A model generated the notes under the pieces. The model saw only the letters and a list, made by a program, of their open reading frames with translations, was not told the origin of the DNA and searched no databases. This document shows, piece by piece, positions 26,762 through 40,490 of a stretch of DNA of 64,000 nucleotides. Each line of letters starts with the position of its first letter. Position 1 is the stretch's first letter. A program made the translations under genes and the position numbers. Source of the stretch: Camelus dromedarius (lineage: Eukaryota); contig NC_087437.1 of NCBI RefSeq assembly GCF_036321535.1, positions 7,130,001 to 7,194,000 on the forward strand. Reading direction: 5' to 3'.

Positions 26762-26925
26762 TTGCTGCTCAAAGTATGGTCCAGGGAACAGAAGCATCAC
26801 CACATCCTGGGAGCTGGCTAGCTATACAAAAGCTCAGCCCTGCCCCAGGTCTACGGAGTTAGGATCTGAATATCCCCAAGACCCCCCTTCAATTCCTATG
26901 TACTTTAAAAGTTTAGAAGCACAGT
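26762..26925. mobile_element. MER5-type hAT-Charlie MITE
   Basis: gctgctcaaagtatggtccagggaacagaagcatcaccacatcctgggagc...aaagtttagaagcacag. Confidence 0.75.
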
Positions 26926-28169
26926 GTTAGCATCTATTCTCGAGTGATTTTTCACAGATACTATGACATTGACTCTTAAGAGGCAGCCTACAAAGCAACC
27001 CTACTCTCTCAAGTAGGACAGATGACATTTCTCAATGAACTGTCACTCCATTTCCGGGGTGACTTGACTTTGGCCCTCTCTGATTTTGCTTAGTAAAAAC
27101 AAAGCAAGTGACACTGGGCCTTTTGGGGAAGTTTCTCAGCGGAGCCCTAATGTGGTATTTGTTACTGAAACATCGTCATAATATTTGAGCTATTTTAGGC
27201 TTATACTGTGCTTTTAAGTATTTAAATAGTAACAAGAGAATCATGTGTGTGCCTTGTAGGCGAAACTTTGCATTTCCTAGAATTTATGTTGTTACGTTTC
27301 CAACCTTTCAACTGCAGATGGAAGTGTTTATCATTTTAACTTACTTTAAATTTTTTTTTCTTTCTCATTTAAAAAAAGTGACGAATGAGGCAGGAGAGTG
27401 TGTTATTCGTAAGAACTGGAGAAGGAAAACACAAAACCACAGCTATGCGAAAATGTAGAAAGACACAAATAAAGCTGATCCAAATTTAACCAGAATTTTA
27501 GTAAGTATTTAAAAGTAATCATTTTCCATGTAACACATAATTCAAACCAAGAGTTTCAGGTGACAATCTATTAAGTTGGGCATATTTGTTATTTATGTTA
27601 TATTATAATAATTATGATTATTGTTTAAATAAAAAGAGCAATAGGACTGTGAAGTCAAAGGTTTGTTAGAATTTTTACTCTAAATGAATCATTTTTAGGG
27701 GTGTGTGTATGTGAGTTTGCATGCATGTCTGTGTTTGTTTGATAGGACTCCTATGGACCCGATCTTTGTGAATAATCTCTTTGGAACTCTATCAGCCTCA
27801 CTAAGACTTGGGTTTTCCAAGGTAGAAAGGGTCTTATCTCTTACTGGGGAATTCCCAGGGCTGGGGACAGTCCCTAACCCACTTAAAGGCCTTGCTAAGT
27901 CAACAAGGAATACTAAAAGTGTCATCAAAGCATGCTCAAAGCCCCTATTTGCATATCTTTCTCTGTGGCACCCTGCCAGTTTTCAGGAGTTGCCCACATG
28001 TTGAGCAGCCCCGTTACTCAGCTTCTTAAGGGTTAAATGACTGACTCAGGGAGCTGGCATCTAGTTGGGGAAGGGCCAAAGTCGGGATAAAATATACCAG
28101 GCTTGCGCTGCATATTTCTCCCTTTTCTGTTACTGGCCAAGCAGCCCTTGACACGCAGGCAATCTAGAG

Positions 28170-28339
28170 CAGCGATTCTCAAAGCTGAGCTGTGACAGAA
28201 CCTCCTGGAGGGCTTATTAAAACACCACTACTGGGCCCGACGCCCCAGGCTTCTGAATCAGTGGGTCTGGGTGGGCTTGGGAATTTGCGTTGCTAACAAG
28301 CAAATGCTATTGATGCTGCTGGTCTTTGAGAACAACTTG
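28170..28339. mobile_element. MER5A hAT-Charlie MITE
   Basis: Termini cagcgattctcaaag / ctttgagaacaacttg, with tctagag on both flanks (hAT-type target site). Confidence 0.85.
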
Positions 28340-28449
28340 TCTAGAGTTTGGTTTATCAACAATGCCCCCAAAGTTAAGAAAGACGACTCTGAGATTGTTA
28401 CTAGGACGACTCGGAGCTCAGATTTATTTTGCTTATTTTTCTGATACGC

Positions 28450-28655
28450 AAGACAGTGTAATGCCAAGAGCATGATCCTTGGAATCAAGTTGTTCAAGTT
28501 CAACTCCCAATCTCTGTTTGCTAGGCTAGGTGGTCACGGGCAAGGTACCTAATATATTTTGCCTCAATTTTCTTATTTACCAAATGGGGACAGTAAGATA
28601 TAACTCATAGGAATTTTGTGACGATGAAGTGAGATTAATATATTTAAAGCACAAT
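28450..28655 (+). mobile_element. MIR SINE
   Basis: gggcaaggtacctaatatattttgcctcaattttcttatttaccaaatgggga...gatgaagtgagattaatatatttaaagcac. Confidence 0.75.
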
Positions 28656-28679
28656 GTTTTACATTTAAGAACTCTTCAA

Positions 28680-28858
28680 GGCGGGTGGGTAGAGCTCAGT
28701 GGTAGAGTGTGTGCTTAGCATGCACAAGGTCCTGGGTTCAATCCGCAGTCCCTCCATTAAAAAGTAAATAAATAAACAAAATTCATTCCTCTCCTGAAAT
28801 AAATAAATAATAAATTTCTGGAAAGAAAATAAGAAATAAAATTTATTTTTTTTAAGAA
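28680..28858 (+). mobile_element. tRNA-Ala-derived SINE (vic-1-like), long form
   Basis: gctcagtggtagagtgtgtgcttagcatgcacaaggtcctgggttcaatcc. TSD-like aagaactcttcaa / aaggactgttcaa. Confidence 0.9.
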
Positions 28859-29000
28859 AAGGACTGTTCAAAAAAAAAATCTTAGCCACTATTATGTACT
28901 AACACTTACTCCTACATGAGTAGATTGTTCCTGAGATTTCACCCAGGCCTGTCAGGTCAGGAATGTCCCTGCTCTCCTAAGAGGCATTGGAGCTCCTGTC

Positions 29001-29103
29001 TTTTCTTTTTTTCTTTTTCTTTTTAAATGGAGGTACTAGGGATTGAACCCAGGACTCTGTGCATGCCAAGCCTGTGCTCTACCACTGAGCTACACCCTCC
29101 CCT
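29001..29103 (-). mobile_element. tRNA-Ala-derived SINE (vic-1-like), short form
   Basis: T tail plus tggaggtactagggattgaacccagg...ctctaccactgagctacaccctcccc. Direct repeat ctaagaggcattg at 28977-28989 and 29106-29118. Confidence 0.9.
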
Positions 29104-29244
29104 CTCTAAGAGGCATTGTTGTGTATAAACTCAGTGCTCAACCCTAGAGCTTAAATCAGTTCAACTCAATTCAATTCAAACAAATATTTACAGAGCACCC
29201 ACTCTGCTGGAGACCATGATTAGCTAAATATTTTCAGCTTTCGT

Positions 29245-29796
29245 TGTGCTACTTATCTATTGCTGCATAACAAATTACCCCTAAACTCAGCAGCTTAAAT
29301 AAGCATTGATTATCGCACAGTTTCTGTGGGTTTGACATTCAGGAGTGGCTTTACTGATCGTCCTTCTGGTTCAGGATCTGTCATGAGTTTGCAGTCATTC
29401 TGGTTTGGCTACAGCCATCTGGAGGCACAAGTGGAACTAGATCTACCTGTAAGGTGGGGCACTGATGCCCCCGACAAGCTAGTGCTGCTTATTGGCAGGA
29501 AGCCTCATTTCTACCCCACACGGGCCTCTCCATAGGGATGTTTGGTTGTCCTCATGACATGGTATCTGGCATCTCCCAGAGCCAATGAGCCAACAGAGTA
29601 GGAAGAAAGCCTCAATGTCTCTTATGACTTAATCTCCAAAGTCACACTCTGCTATTTCTGCAATATCTCTTTGGTTATACACGTCAGCGCTATTTAGTGT
29701 GTGTCTGGTGAGGTGGGACGAGGAGACAATTGCACAAAAGATGTGAGTACCAGGAGCTAGGAATCATTGGTACCATCTTGGAGGCTGGCTACCAGA
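29245..29796 (-). mobile_element. MaLR solo LTR (MLT1F-like)
   Basis: ttatctattgctgcataacaaattacccctaaactcagcagcttaaa...ccatcttggaggctggctaccaga, the reverse of the TGTGGTAGCCAGCCTCCAAGATGG start. Confidence 0.85.
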
Positions 29797-30291
29797 ATGC
29801 AGAATCTGGAGTTTAGGAGGCGTGATATGTCCACTGGTGATTTACTGTATTCGAAGATGGAGAGGGCTGAGACCACCACGTGGAGGTACAGACTCAGCAC
29901 TGCATGGAGAGGGATGTTCTAGCCAACCAGAAGGTGCGAGGAACATCAGCTGATTGGGGACCTAGAGAGCATGTTAAGGAAAGACACGACTGGAACAGGG
30001 TCGACATGAAGTGAAAAACAGCAAAATGCTCATGGAAAACAGCAAAAGCAATTTGTCTGCATTTCAGATTAAACCTGTGGGCCTGTCCTCCCATGATGTC
30101 CTCTACAAAATATACAACCCCACTTGCAACCCAGGTTTATTGAGCTGAGGACTCCATCTGGGAACGTTATGATTCAGGAGTCATACTGATGTAATAAAGA
30201 CATGAAGACTGGAAATGGGGTTCCAACTAGACAATGGGAGAGTCTCTGTCCTCTAAACCTCCACAGCTTTTATGGTTTGTATACCCGTAAA

Positions 30292-30420
30292 TAGGGTGAC
30301 CATTTGTCCAGGGTTGTGCAAGCCCCTCCTAGTTTTTGCCTATTGTCCTTGTGTTATTAATAGTACCTGCTTCACATTTTAAAATGTCCTGATTTGGACA
30401 ATAAATTGTATCATCACTTA
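30292..30420 (-). mobile_element. hAT-Blackjack MITE (MER94-like)
   Basis: tagggtgaccatttgtcc...tattaatag...tgtcctgatttggacaataaattgtatcatcactta. Confidence 0.75.
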
Positions 30421-32244
30421 ATCTACAGAAAGGCTGGGTAGGATGATTTTTCTAATCAAGGACCGAAGGCTGTCAGTGTCCTGAAGACAGATACTGTGAA
30501 TTAACTTTCTCATGTTCTCTAATGCCTAGACCAATATATTGTTTAGTGAGGCTGCTAACTAAAGATCTGTTATGGTTTGGAATTAACTATAACATACAGG
30601 AGATTACCTAGAGGAATTATATATTACATAGAAGAGATTATATATCAGTAAGCCTTCAATACAGTGTTAAAATAACAGTCCAGAAGTCAGCCAGCTACTG
30701 CCAGTTTTCACGGGACAGAGGGAATGGAGAGAGAAAAAGCAGACCACAAGTGGAGAGTTAATGCACTGAGCATTGAAGGGGTTAAAGTTGTTCTTCAAGC
30801 TCTGGGTGTGAACTGCATAGTGTCTTAATAAGACCTCTACTACCTGTGCATTTATATGAGCAGAACAAGTGAAAACCTGCCTTGCAGAAATTAGATTAAA
30901 CAGTGGAAGGAGACAGTCATTTTAATAAGGAGCTTCTATATAAAAACCCTTGATACTTCATTATCTATTTATTCCTCTCAGTCACTCAATTTTATTTTAT
31001 CCTTCATAATTAAAAAGGAGACAAAACCGAGTCTTTAAAAAACGATCCAGTGCCACTGTGTTTTGCGTAAACAGTATCGGTCTGGTGTAGTTGGGTTTGC
31101 ATTCACTGCCCGTTTTGTTTCTATTCTTTTCTCTCCTTACTTCATCTTTATGCTTACGTCCCGTGAGGTTTTTCACAGCTTTACAGGGAGTAGAAATACC
31201 TTGTGATACAGAGGCTGTTAGTAGAACTATGCTCACACGTAGGCAATAATACCATCGCAACGTTTCAAAGAGGAGGCAGGCAGTCCTAACATGTCTTTTT
31301 TATCTGGTTGGGGTTTATCGTCTTCCGTACTCCCTGGGAACACTATCTTTATTGGTATCAGAAAGTACTAGCTCCTCACTCATTCCTTCATTCTCTTGTA
31401 AGTCCCTTGAACCAAACTTTCGCTTGGGGGCTGTGTTGTAAATTTGATTCAGTGTGAAGGTTCTTGGAAAGCTGTGATACGAGGGTGTCAATGATTAAGT
31501 CAACACGCATCGTCTTCCCCCACCCCAACAAGAAGGTTGCAGTTGTGTACAAGTCACACACACTTTCCTTACACATATCAGCCCATTTAATGAAACCTAC
31601 ACAATTTCCAATGACAAACCCCAAACAACCAAGGCTGAACATTGAACGTTCTGGTATTTTTTTTTTTCTTTCTGATGAGTAATCTAAAGCTCAAGGCAGT
31701 TAAGTAACTTTATACAATTTTGGTTCGAAAGAAATTATGAAAGTTAAGGCACTTATGAAGTTTAAAGCACAAAGATCACTATCATTTAAATACGGAGTTT
31801 GCCAAAAGGTCAACATGCAGCTAGCTAGAGCGACAGTCCATCCCTTTAGACTAATGTCAAGGTTATGGCTCATACCTCATTGGTCTCTTAAAAGTATCAT
31901 GTTTCCATTAATGTTGTTATGTAAGTTTCCCCTGTACCTTCTTGAGTATGGAACATTCATTGTGCCTGCTGGATGTAAAAGGGGAAAATTCCATAACTGA
32001 ATCCTTAAATAGATTTGATGTGTGAAGGGAGAATAAATGAGAAATCATTTAGCTGATGGGTGAAACTGTCCTAGCTTTTCATTGAAGTCTTCTTATTTGT
32101 GATTAGCGTGGGAACCCACCTTTTTTTTTTTTAAACTTCTTTCTCTAGGGCTCTAGGGAATCCAGAGTGAATAGAGGTGAAAAGACACGAATGGTAAGGT
32201 GACAGGTGTTGCAACTGGAGGAGGACAGTTAGACAGAATTCTCT

Positions 32245-32730
32245 TGGATAGATTCCTAGGCATGGAATTGCTGGGTCACATGGTAAGTTTCAATAAACTG
32301 CCAAACTGTTTTCCAAAGTGGCCTTGCCACTTTACATTTCCTCCAGCAATACATGAGGTTTCCCTTTTCTCCACATCCTCATCAGCACCTCGTATTGTCT
32401 CTTTTTGTGTGATTATAGCTATTTTAGTGTATAGCGTGGGTATAAAAAAACTCAACGTGGTTTAATTAGCAATTCCTTAATGACTGATGCCACTCTGTGT
32501 GCTTTCACATGTTTGTTGGCCATTATCCTTTTAGGTGAAATGTCTGCTTAAATATTTTGTCCACTTTTTAAGCTGAGATTTTTGTCCCCTTATTGAGTTG
32601 TAAGAGTTCTTGATATATTCTGAATACAGTCCTTTATCAGAAATACGATTTGCAATTTTTTTTCTTCCAGTCTCTGGCTTTGTCTTTTCATTTTCCTAAT
32701 GGTATCTTTTGTAGCATAAAAGTTCTCACT
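32245..32730 (-). mobile_element. Old LINE-1 fragment (L1M)
   Basis: ggaattgctgggtcacatggtaag...aaactgccaaactgttttccaaagtggc...ttattgagttgtaagagttct. Confidence 0.85.
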
Positions 32731-32909
32731 CATTTTTAATGCATGCTCTTGGAAAAGAATGGTGTCATCGGATATACAATATCACTTTCTTCTTTTCTCC
32801 AGCTAAACCGAATCAGAACCCACACTAATGCCTCCTTTCCCATCATTGCAAGTACTCCAGGGGGCACATCCAATTATTATTTTTCCCTTATTCAGCATCT
32901 CCTCTGAGT

Positions 32910-33095
32910 CAGGCGCTGTATATTGACTTGTTCTTAGTCTCACAGCTACTCTGCAAGGAAGGTGTTATGCTTCTTATTTTATAGATCAGGAAACAGAGGC
33001 TCAAGATGTTTAGCAATTTGCCCAAAAATAAAAGAGGGGAAGTACCAGAAGCTGAATTTGAATCTGATTCTCGGCTGCTCTGAACCCTGTGCTTC
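32910..33095 (-). mobile_element. MIR SINE
   Basis: attttatagatcaggaaacagaggctcaagatgtttagcaatttgcccaa. Confidence 0.75.
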
Positions 33096-35259
33096 CCCGA
33101 TGATGCTAAGATACACTTTCCCAGGTGTGGCAAAGCCATGGTCCTGCACAATTGAAAGCAGGAGGTGAAACTTTAAGACCTTTGGATGGCACCCTGCCCT
33201 TGGCCTAGCAGAGCTGGGGAGACAGCTCCCCATTTCCTGTCTGGCTCTCTCTGCTAGCTGTGAAGTAGCCCCCGTTAGTCATCAGAGCTAAAGAAAAAAC
33301 ATTGTTTTATTTCAAACCGTTAATATTCATCAAATGTTAATGAAAATACATCACAAATCATTACAACAAACACGGTGTCTGATTAAGATGAAAGAGATGA
33401 CAGTCCTGTGAATTTTTAATCTGAAAAATAAAGAATGTTACATTAATAAGACTTAATTATACCATTAAATATTTAAAATTACCTTCTTTAATAGATTTTA
33501 TTTGTATTTAATGTATTTCTTTTTAAAATCTTTATAACACTTTCATGAGATTGGTACATAAAATTCTATCAACCGTTATGGCAAAAGAGAATTTTAACTT
33601 AATATATTCATCATATTGATCGCAAAACTTCCACTTTATTTATTGTTCAGAAAAGCTAATAACCCTTTTACACTTTATTATAATTGATATTTTCTCCACA
33701 TAGAGTGATAAATAATTAATACCATTACAGGGACATCATGTGTGGTACACTTATTTGGAAAAAAAAATACACAACAAACCATCTGAGTGGTGTATTATAC
33801 ATTCCATTTTAATCCTCTCCACTTACAATTAATGCGACATTTTACAGGAAAACATAATTAACTTTGGGAATCTGTCTTGAAATGACCACATTTAGGCAGC
33901 TGAAGCTAAACTAAGGCCGGGGATCTATTCTAAGCCAGCTCTCTGGTTTTTCCACATTTCAGCTGCTTCTAAAGGATCAGTAAAATTATACACCTGCCAC
34001 ACGTCTTTTCACACCTTGGGAAAGTTATTTACAAAAGGGAAAGGATGGTCTTTTAGCCTAGTGCTCTCGACACAAAAATTGAATTTGATTTTGAATTTTT
34101 GCTCAGTTTTTTTTCAATATAATTGTGTCTTAATGAAAAAGTAACACCTCTCTCAAAATTGCTAATAAGATAATTACATTCATTTGACTCATCTCTCCTG
34201 ACATCCCAAGAAAGCTTTTAAGGGAGGAAGGAAAATGTAACTATTGCTTCCAGATTGCCATGGGTGACTTGATTGTTTATGTTTTTCAGGGAGACAGTTG
34301 GATTCAAGGTACCTAGTGTGGGATCTGGGGATCTGGGTTGAGATGCTGGCACTGCCTTTCTCATGCTGTGCAGCTGAAGGTAAGTTCCTTTACCTCTCTG
34401 AACTTTACTTTCTTCCTACTAAATTGTAAGCTCCACGAGGGGTGGCTAAAGTTACCATGTCAGTCTTGTTCATTGTATTCTTCAGGCAGGGTCTGATCGA
34501 TGGTGACTGTCAAAAATATCTGAAATTCCATTCTTTTTCCCTTCAAGTGAGGAAGTATCGTCAACTTGGAAGTCGTATTTGTAAAGTGGAACCATATGAA
34601 ATGGTGTTTGTTCTTGTCAAAAATCAAAAGAGGTCAAATATCCATGGTTTCATGTGGCTCAACCCTATACGTGATAGCAATACATATCACAGTGACGGTT
34701 GTGAGACGTCAATGGGGGAATTATCAGATGGTGCTTAGCAACTACCCAGCTGATGGTGAGCATGCAAAGAATGATTTCTTGAACAGTCAGTTATTTTATA
34801 AAATATATTTTGGGTAGTATGGGAGAGGAGAACTTATAACTTCACTGTCAACTAGTATATCAGAATGACAAAAAAATAAAAATTGGTGAAGGAATGATGG
34901 AAGGAAGTTTGCAGTTACCAGATTGTAGAACTCTCATGCAGAAGAATTCCTTGGGAATTTATGTAATGAAGTCAATCAGAGCAAGTCTTCCAGTTCCCCT
35001 GTTCTGATTCTGTGCCTGTAGCCCAGAAATACTCAGTCATGATCACTAGGATCATTTAGTGAAATGAAAAGTTGGACTCTCTGGCCCCTTCCTGGGTTGT
35101 TTCTGAATTACTTGCTCTCTGACCTCTGGCTTTGACCCCTACAATTACGTTTGTCCTTTCCCCTTAAAGCTGCCACATGGACACTAAAGTTACTCCTCTT
35201 AGATTCCATGGTCTTTTCCTGGTTTCTGGGTGCCCCTTCGAACCTCTGTGTGTTTTTGC

Positions 35260-35682
35260 TTTTAACGACCCGTACCTGTGGGTGACTCACTTTGGGCATT
35301 GACTACTGGCTACGGAAGTCACTTTGCTCACATGGACAGACAGCAGGTGGTGCTTAGAAGCTTTGTCCTGCCCTGGCCTCCTTCTTCTTTTCTTTGTCAT
35401 CAACAGCAGCTTTTCGTCAATGCCCAGCTGACTAGTACAGGGACACAAAACCCCAGCTCGCTTGCCATGAATTGGGTAACGTACACTCCAGAACTTCCCT
35501 GTAGGGTCAGACTCAGGCTGAGACTTTTCTTGAAATTGTCTCTGTCATTGGTGGCTTCTCCTTCCCTCCCATGCTTTTTCCACTTCCCAGGGGTCGGGGG
35601 CGGGGGGAGTATTTCCTTAATAAATCCCTTGCACACAGATCCTTATTTCAGGGTCTACTTCTGGAGAATTCAACCTCAGATA
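35260..35682 (+). mobile_element. ERVL solo LTR (LTR16-like)
   Basis: 3' end ttccttaataaatcccttgcacacagatccttatttcagggtctacttctggagaattcaacctcagata. The 5' boundary is uncertain. Confidence 0.7.
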
Positions 35683-36479
35683 CCCAAAGATACATTTAGG
35701 TATCCGTGTTGGACCACAACATTTCTGCTTTGTCCTCCATTTATGATCCCTCTGCTAGTGTCAACCTCATGTGATTATTTGATCCTAAAGAACCCCCAGA
35801 GCTCTGCTCTAGCCCTGGCCCAGGAGGCGCCCTCCTGATGTGTCTGATCCAATCCCCTCGACAGAAATGGGATTTCTCTTTTCATAGAGTTTCACGTTTT
35901 GAATACTGCACAGTAAGTCTTCAGTTCACAGCAGCTTACGATGAAGGAGGTGTCTCTCAGAGGCATAGAGTCTGTGGGAAGCATGGACATGTCCACAACG
36001 ATTGGGTCATATTTTGTGGAATTGGTCAGATTAGGGAAATGTGCGATGGTGTTCTTACAGAATTCAGTGAGGAAGAGTTAGACGTGGGTGGAGAGCCGTT
36101 TGCACATGGCAGATGCTCAATAAAGAATATCTTATTCCGTGTGTGTGAATATGGGTGCTCCACATCTCAAAGATCCAGCGACGGGAGGGAGTTCTACAAA
36201 TGGGCTCCCAAGGCATCAAAACTGAGTTGATAAGAAGAAGAAAAGGTAGGATAGGAATTAGAAGTCCTAACCCCAAAGAAAGCATGCACTGAAACTGAGG
36301 GTTAAGAAAGAAGAGAAGATGAAAACCAGTGACATTGTAGACTCTATTTAGTAAGGTAAGTAACGCTAGCTGCTAAAACAAACACCAAAATAACAATGAT
36401 GTAACACAATGAAAGTGTATTTTTTTCCTCAGGCAGAATCTCATGCAAATAATCCTGATTGCCAAATATCTCATCAATG

Positions 36480-37945
36480 GACCCAATGAAAGAGTTAATG
36501 GTCCTACCTCACATTATACTAAAAAAAAAAAAGACAAATTAGTTCCAGTGGATTGGGGATGCCCATATAAAAGTTAAAACAACAAAACTTCTAGAACAGT
36601 GCTGTCCAATAGAACTTTCTTTGAAGATGGAAAAGCCATTGTCCACTAGCCACACAGTACGCCTTGTGCAATGGAGGAAGTTCGCTTTTAATTTTGTTTA
36701 GTTTTCACTAATCTAAATTTGAGTAGTCACATCTGGCTAGTGGCAACCCTATTGGATGGCACAGTTCTAGAAGATAACTTAAGACAAGATCTTCATGAAC
36801 CTGGGGTAGGCCAAGATTTAGCAAACAGGACACAAGAGGACTAACCTAAAAGAAAAAGATTGACACATTGAATTTAATTGAAATGAAGGCTTTCTGCTCA
36901 TGAGAAGACATCATTAAGAAAGCCAAAAGATAATGCAAATTTGCAACACAAAAGTATGACAAAAGACTCATCCTACATTGATAAAGAAGTTTTATACATC
37001 AACAAAAAGGAGGAATAACCCAATTTTTAAAATGGCAGAAGATTTGAAGACCTATATTTTGTAAGAGAAATTATCTACCTAAACGGCCCAACATGCATAT
37101 GAAAAGGGGCTCAATACAATTTGTCATCAGGAAAGGCAAATTAAAACCACAGTGAGATACCATGTATCCATCAGAATGGCTAAAAATAACAAAACAAAGC
37201 AAAATCTGACAATTCTAAACGTTGGCAGGCACAAACTGGCCCTCTCATTCACTGCTAATAGAAGCATAAACTAGTGAAGCCACTCTGGAAAACTGTTTGG
37301 CAGTTTTTAATAGAGTTTAACTATACCTATATTAAACCAGCAATTTCACTTCTTCTATATTGAGGCGATATAGGCACATATATGCACCAAAAAAATGTGA
37401 ACTAGAATGCTTATTGCAGCTACATTCATAAGCGCTCAAAACTGGGAGCAACTTAAATGTCCCTCGATGGTAGAAGCATGGATAAATTGTGATGTGTCTG
37501 GGTATGTGAGCATCTGTGTGTACACCTAGTGGAATTACAGTTACTTATTACTGCATTACCATATTATTACATTTACTGTGGAGGAATAGATAGATGCTAC
37601 CACAGGAGAAAATCTCACAAACAGAATATTGAGTGAAAGATGCAAAATGGTACACAGTGAATAACTGATTTATGTAAAATTAAAAACAAAAATAACCACA
37701 GTGATAAAAATCAGAACAGCGGTTACGTTTGTGCGTGCGTGTGTGTGTTGGCAAGGGTGGGGGCGGTGGGGCAAGTAAAGGCAGAGGTGTGAGGGGGGAA
37801 TCTGGGTGCAGCGATCTCTGTTACTTACTCCAGGTGCTGGGAAACCAGCTGTGATCACGTGGTAGACACACTTTGACCTATACCCTTACGGTTTGTGTAA
37901 TTTTCTGTTTGCGTGCTACATGCCAATAAAGTATTTACTTAAGAA
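36480..37945 (+). mobile_element. Old LINE-1 (L1MB/MC/ME-type) ORF2 3' part and 3' UTR
   Basis: aaaacttctagaa[insert]gataac...catatgaaaaggggctcaatac...aaattaaaaccacagtgagatacc...catgccaataaagtatttac. Confidence 0.85.
36597..36764 (-). mobile_element. MER3 hAT-Charlie MITE nested in L1
   Basis: Termini cagtgctgtccaatag / ctattggatggcacag. Perfect 8-bp TSD ttctagaa at 36589-36596 and 36765-36772. Confidence 0.9.
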
Positions 37946-39933
37946 ATCTCTGTTAAAATTTATGAAGCAGGTCAGAGAATGGAGGCAAGAGAGCCTCAAA
38001 GTGTGAATGACAAAGAGAGGTCTCGATCAATGATAAGAGGTTGCTTTTTGCTTGAACGGCGTTGTGTCTGGCAAAGCCACGAACTAGAGATGGGGAGACT
38101 TCGCCATAGGAAATTTCACCTCCCAGAGGTGGCTTGGCCTTTCTATGTATTTGTAGATTTTAGAGGAGGCTCTCTTATCCCTTCAATTAATATTATCCAG
38201 CACCTCCACCATGTGGCAGGCTCTCGTTTGGAGGGGCTAGTTTGGCGTAGCCAGTAGTCTCTTAATTATTCAGAGGTGGTTAAAGCAGATCATGGCTGCT
38301 CCAACTTTTCATTACCTCCCGTTTCCCCATCACAGACAGCTCCCTGAAGTTGCTTCTGGCTGCAGCATTCTATGCAATTCTGTGCGCTTTATATTAAGGC
38401 AAGTGGTAGTGCCCAGATATGATTAATTCAAAGCTTCTAGATGAACAATTCTGTCCCCAGACCTGCGAACTCTTGCGGGCAGAGGCTTTGCCTGATTCTC
38501 ATGAGTCCCCGTGCCCAGCACAGTGCTCAGCAGAGAGGAGATACTCAGCGGGAGATTGAAGGTGTGCAGAATGAAAGAAAAGATGCTAAAAGCATTAATG
38601 ACGCATCTGCTTTTATTCCATTATAGTTTTCTTTCTCAGCCAAGGGGGAAAACATGTCAGGATTTTTTAAAACTCTACAAATAATGACATGTAGTGACCG
38701 AGATCTTCTTCTTTAAAAATTTCAGTGTGGATACCAGCTACCTGATTCCCAATCTTACCAGCTTTAAAAACTTTCTTCCCTTACATAGCTGTCCCATTAC
38801 CGCTGCCTGGGGACATTCTATGGGTCAAATCATTTTCTCCCTAAAATATAGACTTCCTATACCAAAGACAGTTAGCACATCCATAGTAGGTAACACTGGT
38901 GTTTACCCATCCTTTCACGCCAGGTTATCAAAGAGATGCAGTCTTGTTTTCCTTTTCTGTGACCTGGGATCTTTATTCCGGGAGCCCGCAGCAGAGGGGA
39001 CTGAGAAATGTACACTTTTGTTCTCAAGAAGGAAGGGAGATTTAGAGTCAAGATTTTTAAACGTGTTTTTTTCGGATCTTTCTTCTTAACCATGAAGATT
39101 CTCTTCCTGGGAACACTGGGGACTTGACTCTGATGACTTCATTTCCTTTGAATTCTTTGATGTTTTGTTTCCCCTGCCGGAAGTATTTCACGATAGTGCT
39201 AGTGAAACCACGGGGAAGAACATTGAGCTGAATGGCTGTCCCTTCCAAGCCCCGTGGACGTGGTGGTGGCAGGAACAGTTCTTGGCTTTGCCCTGAGACC
39301 CTGGAGCTCTCTGGAAGGAGCGAAGGGCTCGCTGCCTGAAGGCTCCTTTCTGTTTTCCAAGATGTATAGGCAGGATGGTGGGGTCAGATTAGTCAGTTTA
39401 TGAATTATTCAGAGATGGATTAGCCAGCTGATGGATTATTTAAGCCTCTGTTCCTTTTCCATTTCTCTTACCCTGCCAGGCTCTTGTGCGTTCCACGCCA
39501 ACATGGTGGTTCTGAAGGGTGTAGAAAGAAACAGGGAGAGAGGATGTAATGGTGACCGGTGGCTCAGAGCATTGCTCAGAGGAGTGAAAGCTGGGCTGAT
39601 GAAGAGCGCCCAGCCCTGAGGAGGCGTAGGGGGCAGGAGCTTGCAGGAACCCAGCAACCTGGGCTGCTTCAAGGCACGCAACCCACCACGTGAAGAACAA
39701 ACTGAAAAACCCAGGCCTTCAGACACCCTGATACGGGTAACGAGCAAGCTGGTGTTAAGTGAAGGGTGCAGGACTTTGGGACCTGGGTGCCTGCCCCAGA
39801 CACTCTTCAGCTAGACTAAATCTGGGCTCTACAATGTGCATCCAGGCCTAGTGATCTGGATTGCATATTAATCTCATTTAAATGAAAAATCTACTGAATG
39901 CCTCCTCTATACAAGGTGCTATACAAAACCTTA

Positions 39934-40490
39934 GTATTAAGCATTAGGATTGCTTTTCACTGCAAGTTATAGTAGATCTGACTAACAATAGCTTCAACTA
40001 TAGAGTCAATTAATGGTTAAGCATAGCAGAAAGGGTGGAGGTAGAAATTCCAGGGTTGGTATGTCACTCCGGAGATGTCAAAAGATCCAGGATTTTATGA
40101 TTTTTGTTGTACCACTATCCTCAGCCTATTTCTGATTTTTTTAAAAAAAGATATGGTTGAAAGTGTCTGTTGAACTGCAAACAATCATGTCCCCAGGGGG
40201 ATGGGGAAAGGTGAGGGCACATGATCTTTCTTCTCTGTTTCACGAAGGAGGCAAACACTCCCAGCATGCAGACGCAGAATCCTTTTTACATCTCATTGGC
40301 CAGAATTGTATCACATGCCTGCACCTGGACCAGTGACTAGCAAAGTGAAGTGGATTACCGCCACTGGTTTGGACCAATCAAAAGTAATCCCCCAGGTCTG
40401 CGGTCACAGTCGGCAGGAACAAACTAAGACACTGATAGCAAGAAACAAGGAAAAATGAAAACTGGGTAGATAACCAGCAATATCTCCTAC
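39934..40490 (-). mobile_element. Old MaLR LTR (MLT1K/L-like)
   Basis: ttaggattgcttttcactgcaag...atctcattggccagaattgtatcacatgcc...tggtttggaccaatca...actgggtagataaccagcaatatctcctac. Confidence 0.7.

Noticed and set aside
35278..36230. Longest ORF (186 aa) and the adjacent 130-aa ORF
   Set aside because: No recognisable protein similarity. The first runs through an LTR16-like element, and ORFs of this length can occur by chance.
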